From positions 160,001-224,000 of the forward strand of contig OZ244561.1 in NCBI GenBank assembly GCA_965217585.1: a DNA stretch of 64,000 nt, in the 5' to 3' direction. The number at the start of each line of letters is the position of its first letter. The first letter of the stretch is position 1. Made by a program: the position numbers and the translations under genes. The notes beneath the pieces are model-generated. The model searched no databases and was not told the origin of the DNA. It saw nothing but the letters and a program-made list of their open reading frames with translations. Of this stretch, positions 9,590-17,966 are shown piece by piece. Source of the stretch: Candidatus Latescibacterota bacterium (GTDB lineage: Bacteria; Latescibacterota; UBA2968; UBA8231).

Positions 9590-10510
9590 TCAGGCTTCCC
9601 ACCGCTCCCATCCCCGATGCTCATGCGTACCGCCGAAGTGTTGGGGATGGAAAACCTCGGCGAGAATTTCGGCCGACTCCACTAGGCGCGGCCCTGGACG
9701 GTTGAAAAACTGATTGCCATCGGTGAAGAACACCCGCCCCTGCTGCACGGCTTGCAGCCGGGACCACAGCGGATGCTGGGTAAGCGCTGGCAACTCGCGT
9801 CGTGAGCGGGGTATATCAAAACCGCAAGGCATCAGGACGATAATATCCGGCTGGGCCTTTTCGAGCACCTCCCACGACAGCCAAGGAGAATGCGTCCCTG
9901 CCGCTGCGAAGAGGTTTTGGCCGGCGGCGATCTCCACCAATTCGGGGATCCAATTGCCCGCGGCCATCAGCGGCTCGAACCACTCGATGCAGGCGATGCG
10001 CGGACGATGGTCAATATTGCGAGTGTGGGCGGCGATCTGATCTAGCCGATCCCGTAATTGGGCCACCAAGGCGCGGCCTCGCTCCTCCACTTCTAGCGCC
10101 GCAGCCACCCGCTCGATATCACCCCAGACATCGGCTAACGCGTTAGGCTCCAACGACAGAATGGATGGCCGCGAGCGCACCAATTGACAGGCGGCCTCCT
10201 CGACGTCTTTGAGACTGACGGCGCACACTTCGCACTGCGATTGCGTCACCAACCAATCCGGTGCCAACTCGTCGAGCAGGTCGGCGTCCACTCGGTACAC
10301 CGAGGTAGCTTCCTGCAAAATGGCTTTGACCCGTTGGTCAACCTGATACGAGGTCCCATCCGGGTCGAATTTGGGAGCCGTGCAGGCGGGTAGATCGCCG
10401 ACGTCGGGCGGATAATCGCACTCGTGGGAACGGCCGACCAAGCGCTCGCCGCAGCCGAGGGCGCAGATGATTTCAGTACTGCTAGGCAGGAGGGAAACGA
10501 TGCGGTTCAT
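9590..10510 (-). CDS. Cobalamin/iron ABC substrate-binding protein (BtuF/TroA-like)
   Basis: 'RIVSLLPSSTEIICALG', 'LVGRSHECDYP', 'FNRPGPRLVES'; lies downstream of the B12 operon on the same strand. Confidence 0.8.
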   Translation of the reverse strand: MNRIVSLLPSSTEIICALGCGERLVGRSHECDYPPDVGDLPACTAPKFDPDGTSYQVDQRVKAILQEATSVYRVDADLLDELAPDWLVTQSQCEVCAVSLKDVEEAACQLVRSRPSILSLEPNALADVWGDIERVAAALEVEERGRALVAQLRDRLDQIAAHTRNIDHRPRIACIEWFEPLMAAGNWIPELVEIAAGQNLFAAAGTHSPWLSWEVLEKAQPDIIVLMPCGFDIPRSRRELPALTQHPLWSRLQAVQQGRVFFTDGNQFFNRPGPRLVESAEILAEVFHPQHFGGTHEHRGWERWEA

Positions 10511-10531
10511 GGATGGAGCCTCCAAAACGCC

Positions 10532-10550
10532 AGCGCCGCCGCGCCGGCAA
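10532..10550 (+). repeat. 19-bp imperfect direct repeat, copy 1 (flanks GH32 gene)
   Basis: AGCGCCGCCGCGCCGGCAA versus AGCGCCGCCGCGCCTGCAA at 12303-12321 (18/19). Confidence 0.6.
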
Positions 10551-10700
10551 CTGTAATAGGAAAACTTATCGCTTTTAATATCTACTTCAAAGATGATGTT
10601 TTAAGTAGCTCGATAGCGTCCGTCTCCGTTTCCTATCTTCCCCAGTCAGGCACAAAGCCCGCTGTCCGAAATCCCGGGCAGCCAACCCGCGAGCGCACCC

Positions 10701-12227
10701 ATGACTACTGAAAACCGAATAGAACGGATAGAAGCGCAGATCCGAGAGGCCGGCGACCTCGCTGCTGCCTTGGCCCGCGATCCGCATCGGCCAGCCTATC
10801 ACTTCACGCCGCCAGCCGCGTGGATGAACGACATCAACGGGGCCCTGTTCTGGAAGGGTCGCTACCACATCTTCTACCAGTACAACCCGGACGGCGCCTA
10901 CTGGAATCTCATTCAATGGGGCCACGCCTCCAGCGCCGACCTCGTACACTGGGTTCACCATCCGGTGGCGCTGACGCCGGAAGCGGACGGACCGGACCGC
11001 ATCGGCTGCTTCAGCGGCGGTGCCTTGGTCAGCAAGGAAGGGGTTCCGACGCTGATCTACTACGGCAATCCCGACGGCCTCTGCCTCGCCCGCAGCAGCG
11101 ACGATCTGCTGATCGAGTGGACGAAAGACCCGGACAATCCGGTGATCCCTCAGCCAGAAGAAGGAAGCGCCGACTTCGGCCGCTACACCATTCACGACCC
11201 CTGCGGATGGTTGGCAGGCGACCTCTACTACGCCGCCATCAACAAACGCGACCCGCAAGACCAAGGGGATGCGGCGTACCTGTTCAAATCGACGGATCTG
11301 CGCACCTGGGAGTTCGCCGGTTTGTTCTATCAGTCGCGGCGGGAGTGGACCGAAGGGGGCGAAGACTGCGCCGTGCCGGACTTTTTCCCGCTTGGCGACC
11401 GGCACCTGTTGGTCTTCTGCAGCCATTTGCAGGCAACCCAGTACTACATCGGCCAGGTCCGGGACGAACGGTTTTATCCCGAGGTTCACGGGCGCATGAG
11501 CTGGGAAGGGGGGCATCTCGGCGGCCCGCGAACCCTGCTGGATGCCAAAGGCCGGCGCATATTCTTCGACTGGATCCGCGAGCTGCGAGGGAGCGAGCGC
11601 GAGCGCGCCTCGGGATGGTCGGGCGTTATGACCGTTCCGCGCCTGTTGTCGCTGGCCCCCGGCGGTCACCTGCAGATCGATCCGGCCCCAGAACTCGAGG
11701 TGTTGCGGCTGGATCAGCACCGACATGGGTCCATCGACGTGGCCGCCGATTCCGAGATAGTGGTCGAGGGAGTCAGCGGCGACTGTCTGGAGCTGGCCGT
11801 TGAGATCGATCCGCAGGAAGCGCGGGAAGTGGGACTGAAGGTGCGGCGCTCCCCAGGGGGCGAGGAGGAAACAGCCATCTCCTACGATGCCACAACCGCC
11901 GTGCTGCGAGTCGACGTCAGCCGGTCGTCGCTCGATCCGGAGATACGGTACACCCGCTACCGCAGGCCCCAGCCGCATCTGACGGAAAGCGAGCAGTACG
12001 TCACCGCCCAAGAAGGGCCGTTCAAACTGGCTCCGGGCGAACTGCTGACCCTGCGCATCTTCCTGGACCGTTCGATCCTCGAGGTCTTTGCCAATCGCCG
12101 ACAATGCGTGACCCAGCGCATCTACCCGACGCGGATCGACAGCATCGGCGTCAGCCTGTTTGCGCGCGGAGGAGAGGCCAAGGTGCAGTCGCTGCAAGCC
12201 TGGACCCTGGCCCCGACGCGGATGTGA
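10701..12227 (+). CDS. Glycoside hydrolase family 32 protein (beta-fructosidase-like, atypical catalytic motifs)
   Basis: 'RPAYHFTPPAAWMNDING', 'YHIFYQYNP', 'WGHASSADLVHW', 'FSGGA', C-terminal 'LRIFLDRSILEVFAN...TQRIYP'. Confidence 0.88.
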   Translation: MTTENRIERIEAQIREAGDLAAALARDPHRPAYHFTPPAAWMNDINGALFWKGRYHIFYQYNPDGAYWNLIQWGHASSADLVHWVHHPVALTPEADGPDRIGCFSGGALVSKEGVPTLIYYGNPDGLCLARSSDDLLIEWTKDPDNPVIPQPEEGSADFGRYTIHDPCGWLAGDLYYAAINKRDPQDQGDAAYLFKSTDLRTWEFAGLFYQSRREWTEGGEDCAVPDFFPLGDRHLLVFCSHLQATQYYIGQVRDERFYPEVHGRMSWEGGHLGGPRTLLDAKGRRIFFDWIRELRGSERERASGWSGVMTVPRLLSLAPGGHLQIDPAPELEVLRLDQHRHGSIDVAADSEIVVEGVSGDCLELAVEIDPQEAREVGLKVRRSPGGEEETAISYDATTAVLRVDVSRSSLDPEIRYTRYRRPQPHLTESEQYVTAQEGPFKLAPGELLTLRIFLDRSILEVFANRRQCVTQRIYPTRIDSIGVSLFARGGEAKVQSLQAWTLAPTRM

Positions 12228-12302
12228 CACCCTCCGTACTAAAGGGCACATCCCAGCTCTCCGGTGGCGCGCATCCTGCGCAACAAACAGGCTACTTGAG
12301 GA

Positions 12303-12321
12303 AGCGCCGCCGCGCCTGCAA
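12303..12321 (+). repeat. 19-bp imperfect direct repeat, copy 2 (flanks GH32 gene)
   Basis: 18/19 match to 10532-10550. Confidence 0.6.
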
Positions 12322-12364
12322 GCTATAAAATCGTCTGAAAAATACACGAGTCGCCCGAGAAGCG

Positions 12365-13372
12365 TTAAGCGGTTGCGTCCAGTTTCAAATGTCCAACCAC
12401 CTCGTACAGGGTGGTACAGACGCGCTCGCCAGCCGCCGTGTAAAGCCGCCAAGCCGTGCCGCCGTTGTCGCGCACGATCTCGACGCACGTCGGCGCGTCT
12501 TCCGCCACGCGAAACCCCGCCCGTTCCAACGCCCGCGCCGTCCACAGGGCATGGAGCCCTTCTCCCACCAAGCCAACTACGCCTTCCGGCTCTTGCGCCA
12601 AATGAAAAGAACCAATTGCCGGGTCGAATTCCACGTCCGCAAACGTCCGTTGAAAAGCCCCGCTCAACACCAAGTCTTCCGGTGCCCCGGTTTGTAAAGG
12701 ACCGTCCGGCGGCAGCAGCCAGAGGCGGTCGGCGCAGCGCAGGGCCAAGTCCAGATCGTGCGTGGAAAGCAAGACGGCGCGATCGCTAGCGCCGACCAAG
12801 CGGCGCAACAACTGCACGATTTCGACCCGCCTCGGCAAATCCAAAAAAGCCGTAGGCTCGTCGAGGAGAAGCACCGCTGGTTCCTGCGCCAAGGCGCGGG
12901 CAATCATCACCTTTTGCCGTTCGCCATCGCTCAACTCACCGACGCTACGAGCGGCTAAGTCCCTAGCCCCCACCGCGTCAATAGCCCAGCGCACCACCTC
13001 TTCGTCCACAGGAGAAAGACGGCCGTCCCAGCCGGTGTACGGGTAGCGACCCAGCGCCACCAGAGCATAGGCCGACAAGTTGCCCACATCCACCTGCTCA
13101 GTCAGAACTAAACCCAGCAGTCGCGCCCGTTCACTCTCGGTCAGCCCGTGCAGGTCGCGACCCTCGAGGAACACCTCGCCAGCCAGCGGCTTTTGCAGGC
13201 CAGCCAAAGTACGCATGAGCGTGGATTTGCCAGCACCATTGGGGCCCAACAGGCAGACCAGTTCCCCCTTGAGCAATTCCACGCCAATGTCCGCGGCCAC
13301 GGCAATGCGCGGGCGTCGCTTGGGCGCGTAGCCAATGCACAGGCCGCTCGTTTGTAGAATGGGCGCGCCCAC
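12365..13372 (-). CDS. ABC transporter ATP-binding protein (BtuD/FepC-like)
   Basis: Walker A 'GPNGAGKST', signature 'LSDGERQK', Walker B 'LLLDEPT', 'THDLDLA'; GTG start at 13372 just after the permease stop. Confidence 0.9.
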   Translation of the reverse strand: MGAPILQTSGLCIGYAPKRRPRIAVAADIGVELLKGELVCLLGPNGAGKSTLMRTLAGLQKPLAGEVFLEGRDLHGLTESERARLLGLVLTEQVDVGNLSAYALVALGRYPYTGWDGRLSPVDEEVVRWAIDAVGARDLAARSVGELSDGERQKVMIARALAQEPAVLLLDEPTAFLDLPRRVEIVQLLRRLVGASDRAVLLSTHDLDLALRCADRLWLLPPDGPLQTGAPEDLVLSGAFQRTFADVEFDPAIGSFHLAQEPEGVVGLVGEGLHALWTARALERAGFRVAEDAPTCVEIVRDNGGTAWRLYTAAGERVCTTLYEVVGHLKLDATA

Positions 13373-13377
13373 GGCGT

Positions 13378-14466
13378 TTAGGCGGCAAAGGCCTGCCGCA
13401 GCGTGCGGCGGCGCAGGATGATCCAAGTGACCACGGGCGCGCCGATCAAAGCGGTGACCGCGTTGAGCGGCAGGGTGGCCTCGCTGCCAGGCAAACGGGC
13501 CACCAGATCCGCGCTCAAGGCCAAAATGCCGCCCAATAGCACGCTGGCCGGCAGCAGCACGCGGTGGTCCGAGGTGTTGAAGAGAGCGCGGCACAAATGC
13601 GGCACGGCCACGCCCAAAAAGCCAATGGGACCGCAATAGGCCGTGACTGCGCCAGCCAGCAGCGCCGCACTGGCAATGATCCACAGTCTCGCCCGCCGCG
13701 CGCCCAAGCCCATGCTGCGCGCATACGTTTCGCCGAGCAGCAGAGCATTGAGCGGTTTGACCAGCAGGCCGGCAATCCCCAGACCGGCCAGCACCACCGG
13801 CGCTAAAAAGGTGAGCTGGCCCCAAGCAACCGCGCCAAAGCTGCCAAAGGTCCACAAGACGTAGGTCTGCACCTGTTCGGGGATGCTGAAGTAGAGCAAC
13901 ACGCTGACCACGGCACCGGTCAGATAGCCGAACATGAGGCCGAGGATGAGCAAGGTCATGGTGTGCTGCACGCGCCGCCCCACGAAAAGCACCAAGCCCA
14001 GCACCAGCGCCGCCCCAGCCACGGCCGCGACGACCACGCCGACTTGGCCCAAAAGTCCCAGACCAACCAGCAGCCCGGCCCCGGTGACGCCCGTGCCCAA
14101 GACGACCAACGCCACGCCCAGACTAGCTCCGGCGCTGATGCCGAGGATGAAGGGATCGGCGAGGGGATTGCGGAACAGGGTCTGCATTTGCAAACCGCTG
14201 GTGCTCAGGGCCGCGCCAGCCAACATCGCGGTAAGCGCACGCGGCAGGCGAATCGCGTAGATGATATGGCTCCAACTGGGCTTTTGGTCGGCTTCACCCC
14301 ACAGGATGGCGACCACCGCATCGAGGGGAATGGACACCGACCCTATGCCTAGGCTGAGGGCAAAAAAGCCGAGCAAGGCTCCGGCCATCGCCAGAAAGAG
14401 TCCCCAGCGCGGACCCAGCCGCGGCCAAGGAGTGCCCTGTGCATCGGTGGTGGAAGCAGTCGCCAC
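13378..14466 (-). CDS. FecCD/BtuC family ABC permease
   Basis: 'IRLPRA', 'QTLFRNPLADPFILGISAGA', 'GPIGFLGVAVPHL', multiple hydrophobic helices. Confidence 0.92.
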   Translation of the reverse strand: MATASTTDAQGTPWPRLGPRWGLFLAMAGALLGFFALSLGIGSVSIPLDAVVAILWGEADQKPSWSHIIYAIRLPRALTAMLAGAALSTSGLQMQTLFRNPLADPFILGISAGASLGVALVVLGTGVTGAGLLVGLGLLGQVGVVVAAVAGAALVLGLVLFVGRRVQHTMTLLILGLMFGYLTGAVVSVLLYFSIPEQVQTYVLWTFGSFGAVAWGQLTFLAPVVLAGLGIAGLLVKPLNALLLGETYARSMGLGARRARLWIIASAALLAGAVTAYCGPIGFLGVAVPHLCRALFNTSDHRVLLPASVLLGGILALSADLVARLPGSEATLPLNAVTALIGAPVVTWIILRRRTLRQAFAA

Positions 14467-14472
14467 GGCGTC

Positions 14473-15630
14473 TCAGTCTAGTTTTTGATAGAATTTGAGC
14501 GCGTGTTCTGGCAGGCGGTCGGGATGCAGGATTTCTATGAAATCGGCCAACACGATATGGGGTTCGGCGATGCCGCTTTCCCAGTAGTCGTTGCCACCGT
14601 GCGCGTTGAGCCGAGCGTTGGCGTTGTAAACCCGGCCGCTGTTGAACGCCGCAAACGCCGCGTAGCGCTCGTCCGCGGCCTGCACCTCGGCCAGCGAATG
14701 CCATTCGTTGCGCATGGTCAGCCAAACGTCGGCCGCGTGGGCCTTTTCGTACACAGCCTCAAAGTCCAAAGGCAGGCTTCCCCCGGAATCGTCGTCGGCC
14801 CACAGGTACGCACCGCCGGCCGCAGCGACCAATTGCGCTGCGTAGCTCTTGCCGCCGGCGACGTGCCACATGTCGCGCCAGAGGGAGCCGCCGAACACCG
14901 TGGGGCGTTGGTCTGTTGGCACATCTTGTACCAAAGCCGCGTATTGCTGGTACTGGACCACAATGTCCGCAAAGCGTTTTTCCGCCAGAGCCTCTGCGTT
15001 GAAAAACGCCGCGGTGAATTTGAGCCATTCCGTGCGGCCTAACAGCGACGGCTCGGTGTATTCGGCATTGATGGCCACGGCCACGCCAGCTTGCTGCAAA
15101 ACCGGGTGGGCATTGTACTGGGACTGGGCCGAGGCCACGGTCATCACCACGTCGGTCTCCAATTCCAGCACTAATTCGAGATTGACCCCGGCACCGTGGC
15201 CGATTTCGGCGATTTTGCCGGCCGCAAAGCGCTGGTTGACGCCGGGCGAATGCACCATCTCAATGTCGCTGACCGCGACCAAGTTTTCGAGCGCGGCGAG
15301 CAATTCAAGGTGCGGCAATTGGGTGGTCGATAGGGCCGCAAGACGACGAATGGGCACGGTGATGCGCTGAACGCCCTCGTACCCTTCGGGTGCAGGAGTG
15401 CCGCACTGGACGAGTACATACTGGACGGCTTCTTGCGCACCGGGCCACGGGGTATGCACGGTGACCACTTTGTAGTTGTCGAAGTACTCAATCGCAAAGC
15501 TCTCGGCGTATTGCAGTTCGGCCTTGTAGGGGAAATAGTCCTTCGCCGAATCGTAGGTATCGACGCAGTCGGCCCCATTCGCCGCCGGCACGCCAAAGAC
15601 CAGCCACGCCCACAAACACACCTTGCGCAT
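14473..15630 (-). CDS. ABC substrate-binding protein (cobalamin/iron-siderophore type)
   Basis: Signal peptide, 'TVPIRRLAALSTT', 'LGRTEWLKF', 'GGNDYWESG..EPHIVLADFIEILHP'; operonic with permease and ATPase. Confidence 0.85.
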   Translation of the reverse strand: MRKVCLWAWLVFGVPAANGADCVDTYDSAKDYFPYKAELQYAESFAIEYFDNYKVVTVHTPWPGAQEAVQYVLVQCGTPAPEGYEGVQRITVPIRRLAALSTTQLPHLELLAALENLVAVSDIEMVHSPGVNQRFAAGKIAEIGHGAGVNLELVLELETDVVMTVASAQSQYNAHPVLQQAGVAVAINAEYTEPSLLGRTEWLKFTAAFFNAEALAEKRFADIVVQYQQYAALVQDVPTDQRPTVFGGSLWRDMWHVAGGKSYAAQLVAAAGGAYLWADDDSGGSLPLDFEAVYEKAHAADVWLTMRNEWHSLAEVQAADERYAAFAAFNSGRVYNANARLNAHGGNDYWESGIAEPHIVLADFIEILHPDRLPEHALKFYQKLD

Positions 15631-15669
15631 CAAACGCCTCCACCAAAAATCGACACCACTAAGATCCAC

Positions 15670-16236
15670 TTACTCATCGGTCGCGCCCTCCCCCGGCTTC
15701 CACAACACATCCGCCTCCCCGCCGTCGTTGGCGACCCGAGCCATCGCGAAGAGCAAGTCGGAGAGCCGGTTGAGATACAGCAGAACCGGCTGGCCGACCG
15801 GCTCTTGCTCCGCGAGTTGCCAAGTTGCACGCTCAGCGCGCCGACACACCGTACGCGCCAAGTGGAGCCAAGCGGCGGAGAGCCGTCCCCCAGGCAAGAT
15901 GAAGCTCCGCAAGGGAGCCAAGTCTTGCGTGAGGCGGTCAATCTGCTGCTCTAGGAAAAGGACCTGCTGCGGCTGCACGCGCAGGCACTCTTCTGCGCCA
16001 TCCGCCTGCGGGACGCACAAATCGGCCCCCAAGTCGAAAAGATCGTTTTGCACTCGGGCGAGGACGTCGTCGTGCTCCGTGCCACTAGCCCTAGCCAGCC
16101 CGATCGCCGAGTTCAGTTCATCTACGCACCCATAAGCGGCGATGCGGGGACTCGTCTTGGGCACTTGCGACATATCGCCCAGCCGCGTCATACCGCCGTC
16201 GCCCGTCTTGGTGTAGAGCTTAGATAGCGTAACCAT
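15670..16236 (-). CDS. pduO: ATP:cob(I)alamin adenosyltransferase (PduO type)
   Basis: 'LYTKTGDGG', 'AYGCVDELNS', 'QNDLFDLGADL', 'FILPGG', 'RTVCRRAER', 'YLNRLSDLLF'. Confidence 0.93.
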   Translation of the reverse strand: MVTLSKLYTKTGDGGMTRLGDMSQVPKTSPRIAAYGCVDELNSAIGLARASGTEHDDVLARVQNDLFDLGADLCVPQADGAEECLRVQPQQVLFLEQQIDRLTQDLAPLRSFILPGGRLSAAWLHLARTVCRRAERATWQLAEQEPVGQPVLLYLNRLSDLLFAMARVANDGGEADVLWKPGEGATDE

Positions 16237-16248
16237 GCCTGTTGCCTT

Positions 16249-17658
16249 TCATTTTATCAACATCACCTTGCCCACAGCTCGTTGATCGCCAGCGCGCAAC
16301 TGCACCAGATACGCGCCATTGCCCACCGGCTCACCGGCAGCATTGCGACCATCCCAGTGGAGAACGTGCCGTCCGGCGGCCACCATACCGGAAGTCAGGG
16401 TGCGGATGGTGCGGCCCAAGACATCGTGGACGGTCAATTCGACCGGGGTATTGGACTGCCAGACCGCAAAGGGAATCTGCACCGAGGCGTTGAAGGGATT
16501 GGGATAGGCCGCCTCCAAGGCAAATTCCTGCGGCAAACTGCTGTCGATGGTTTCTTCCACAGCCGTGGGGACGGTCACATCGCCCAACACCACGATACCC
16601 TGCGGCGGCAGTCCGGTGTCGATTGGGCCGCGCAGGAAAGCTCCGGTGGCCGCGTCGTAGAATTTGAGTCCGGCGCTGGCCGGATCGGCGAAGGAGCCTC
16701 GGTCGGCGACAATCAAGCGGTCGCCATCTACAGCCACGCTGGGGATAAAACCGCCGCTGATATTTTCCAAGGGCGCGCCCACACTGCCGCTGGATAACTC
16801 AAAGGACCGGACGCTGTTGGCAAAATTCTCGTCCGTGACCACAGCATAGCCCCGGTTTTGATCGACGAGTACCATGGACGTAATATCGCCGCCCAAGTCC
16901 TCCTCGCTGACGGCCAATCCAAGGCTGCGGTTGGTGGCCGTATCGACGATTTCCACCCCGCCGGACCGGTCACCAAAATCGACCACTACCCCCACGGCAA
17001 TCTGCTCGCCAGCGACGGCCATGCTGTTGGGATTGGCGACGCTGAGGGCAATGCCTTGCACGCCCTCGGCGTCCGGATCCACGTCGACCAAGGTGTCCGT
17101 CGCCAGATCGACGACGATCAGATAGCTGACGTCGGCCGGTCCCCAACCGCTGTTGCGGTCGAGGCGCTGGCAGCTCAAGTAGAGCCGCTCGCCGACGCGG
17201 ACGATTTGCGAGACTTCGGGCAGGCCATCCGCATCGGCGAACGCGCTCAGATCAATTTCGCCCAATTCTGCGCCGTCCTGGGGATTGACGATCAGCAGGG
17301 ATACCGCGTCGTAGCGCGTCACATACGCCTTGTCGGGTGCGACGATCTCAATGTCGTGCGGGTTGGCACCATTACCCACCGAAAACTGAGTCACAGGAGT
17401 GCGCAAATTCATCGCGTCCAGCACCAAGATATTGTCTTGGCCCAAGCGGTTGACGATATAGACGCGGCCGTCGTGGTAGTGCCCCACTGCATCCGAGTGG
17501 ATGCCCAACAGATTCACCTCAGCCTCGGCCGCATTCGCGGCCAAAAAGGCCGTGCTGCCAGTGGAAAAGTCCGTGGTGATGACGAAGAGGTCGCTCTGCG
17601 CCGACGACGAGTTCGCCAGCAGCAAGAGAGAGACGGCTAAAATGGAAATGCGGTACAC
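16249..17658 (-). CDS. Secreted beta-propeller-like protein with C-terminal FlgD-Ig (T9SS-CTD-like) domain
   Basis: Signal peptide; repeated beta-strand blades ('RVYIVNR', 'NPHDI', 'KAYVTRY'); C-terminus 'AYPNPFNAS...DVLGRTIRTL...WDGRNAAGEPVGNGAYLVQL'. Confidence 0.75.
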   Translation of the reverse strand: MYRISILAVSLLLLANSSSAQSDLFVITTDFSTGSTAFLAANAAEAEVNLLGIHSDAVGHYHDGRVYIVNRLGQDNILVLDAMNLRTPVTQFSVGNGANPHDIEIVAPDKAYVTRYDAVSLLIVNPQDGAELGEIDLSAFADADGLPEVSQIVRVGERLYLSCQRLDRNSGWGPADVSYLIVVDLATDTLVDVDPDAEGVQGIALSVANPNSMAVAGEQIAVGVVVDFGDRSGGVEIVDTATNRSLGLAVSEEDLGGDITSMVLVDQNRGYAVVTDENFANSVRSFELSSGSVGAPLENISGGFIPSVAVDGDRLIVADRGSFADPASAGLKFYDAATGAFLRGPIDTGLPPQGIVVLGDVTVPTAVEETIDSSLPQEFALEAAYPNPFNASVQIPFAVWQSNTPVELTVHDVLGRTIRTLTSGMVAAGRHVLHWDGRNAAGEPVGNGAYLVQLRAGDQRAVGKVMLIK

Positions 17659-17686
17659 GAAAATCCTCCTTAGTTAGTGGTTAGTA

Positions 17687-17870
17687 ACTGATGTTACGCA
17701 GTCTTATGCCGTGTCTGCCGCTTGCGGCCTGTGGCCCCTCACCCGGGGTCATTCCCGCGTACGCGGGAATCCAGCCTAACGCACGGGCCACAAACGGGTG
17801 TCTCTGGATGCCTGCTTTCGCAGGCATGACCGCCGATAGACCAAACGATCTTAAAGCGCGGAACGTCAGT
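17687..17870. mobile_element. MITE-like element with ACTGATGTTACGCA-type terminal inverted repeats
   Basis: Left end ACTGATGTTACGCA, right end CGCGGAACGTCAGT (imperfect complement); flanked by TAGTA at 17682-17686 and 17871-17875. Confidence 0.7.
17748..17830. repeat. REP-like paired palindrome (GTCATTCCCGCGTACGCGGGAATCCA...TGGATGCCTGCTTTCGCAGGCATGAC)
   Basis: Two hairpin-forming units in inverted orientation; same family as 44005-44071. Confidence 0.8.
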
Positions 17871-17875
17871 TAGTA

Positions 17876-17931
17876 ACTGATGTTACGCACAGCAGGCTTC
17901 TCCTACCTATGGGGCCTGTACGTAACATAGT
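17876..17931. mobile_element. Short (56 bp) MITE-like element of the same TIR family, in tandem with the previous one
   Basis: ACTGATGTTACG...CGTAACATAGT, followed by a third TAGTA at 17932-17936. Confidence 0.65.
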
Positions 17932-17966
17932 TAGTAAGAGCGTCCCTTGTGGGCATCTAGCTACCC

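Noticed and set aside
10587-12545. 652-aa minus-strand ORF
   Set aside because: Antisense shadow of the GH32 gene; no recognisable motifs, expected in GC-rich DNA.
13373-13855. N-terminal extension of the 496-aa ABC ATPase ORF
   Set aside because: Overlaps the permease in another frame; the likely start is GTG at 13372.
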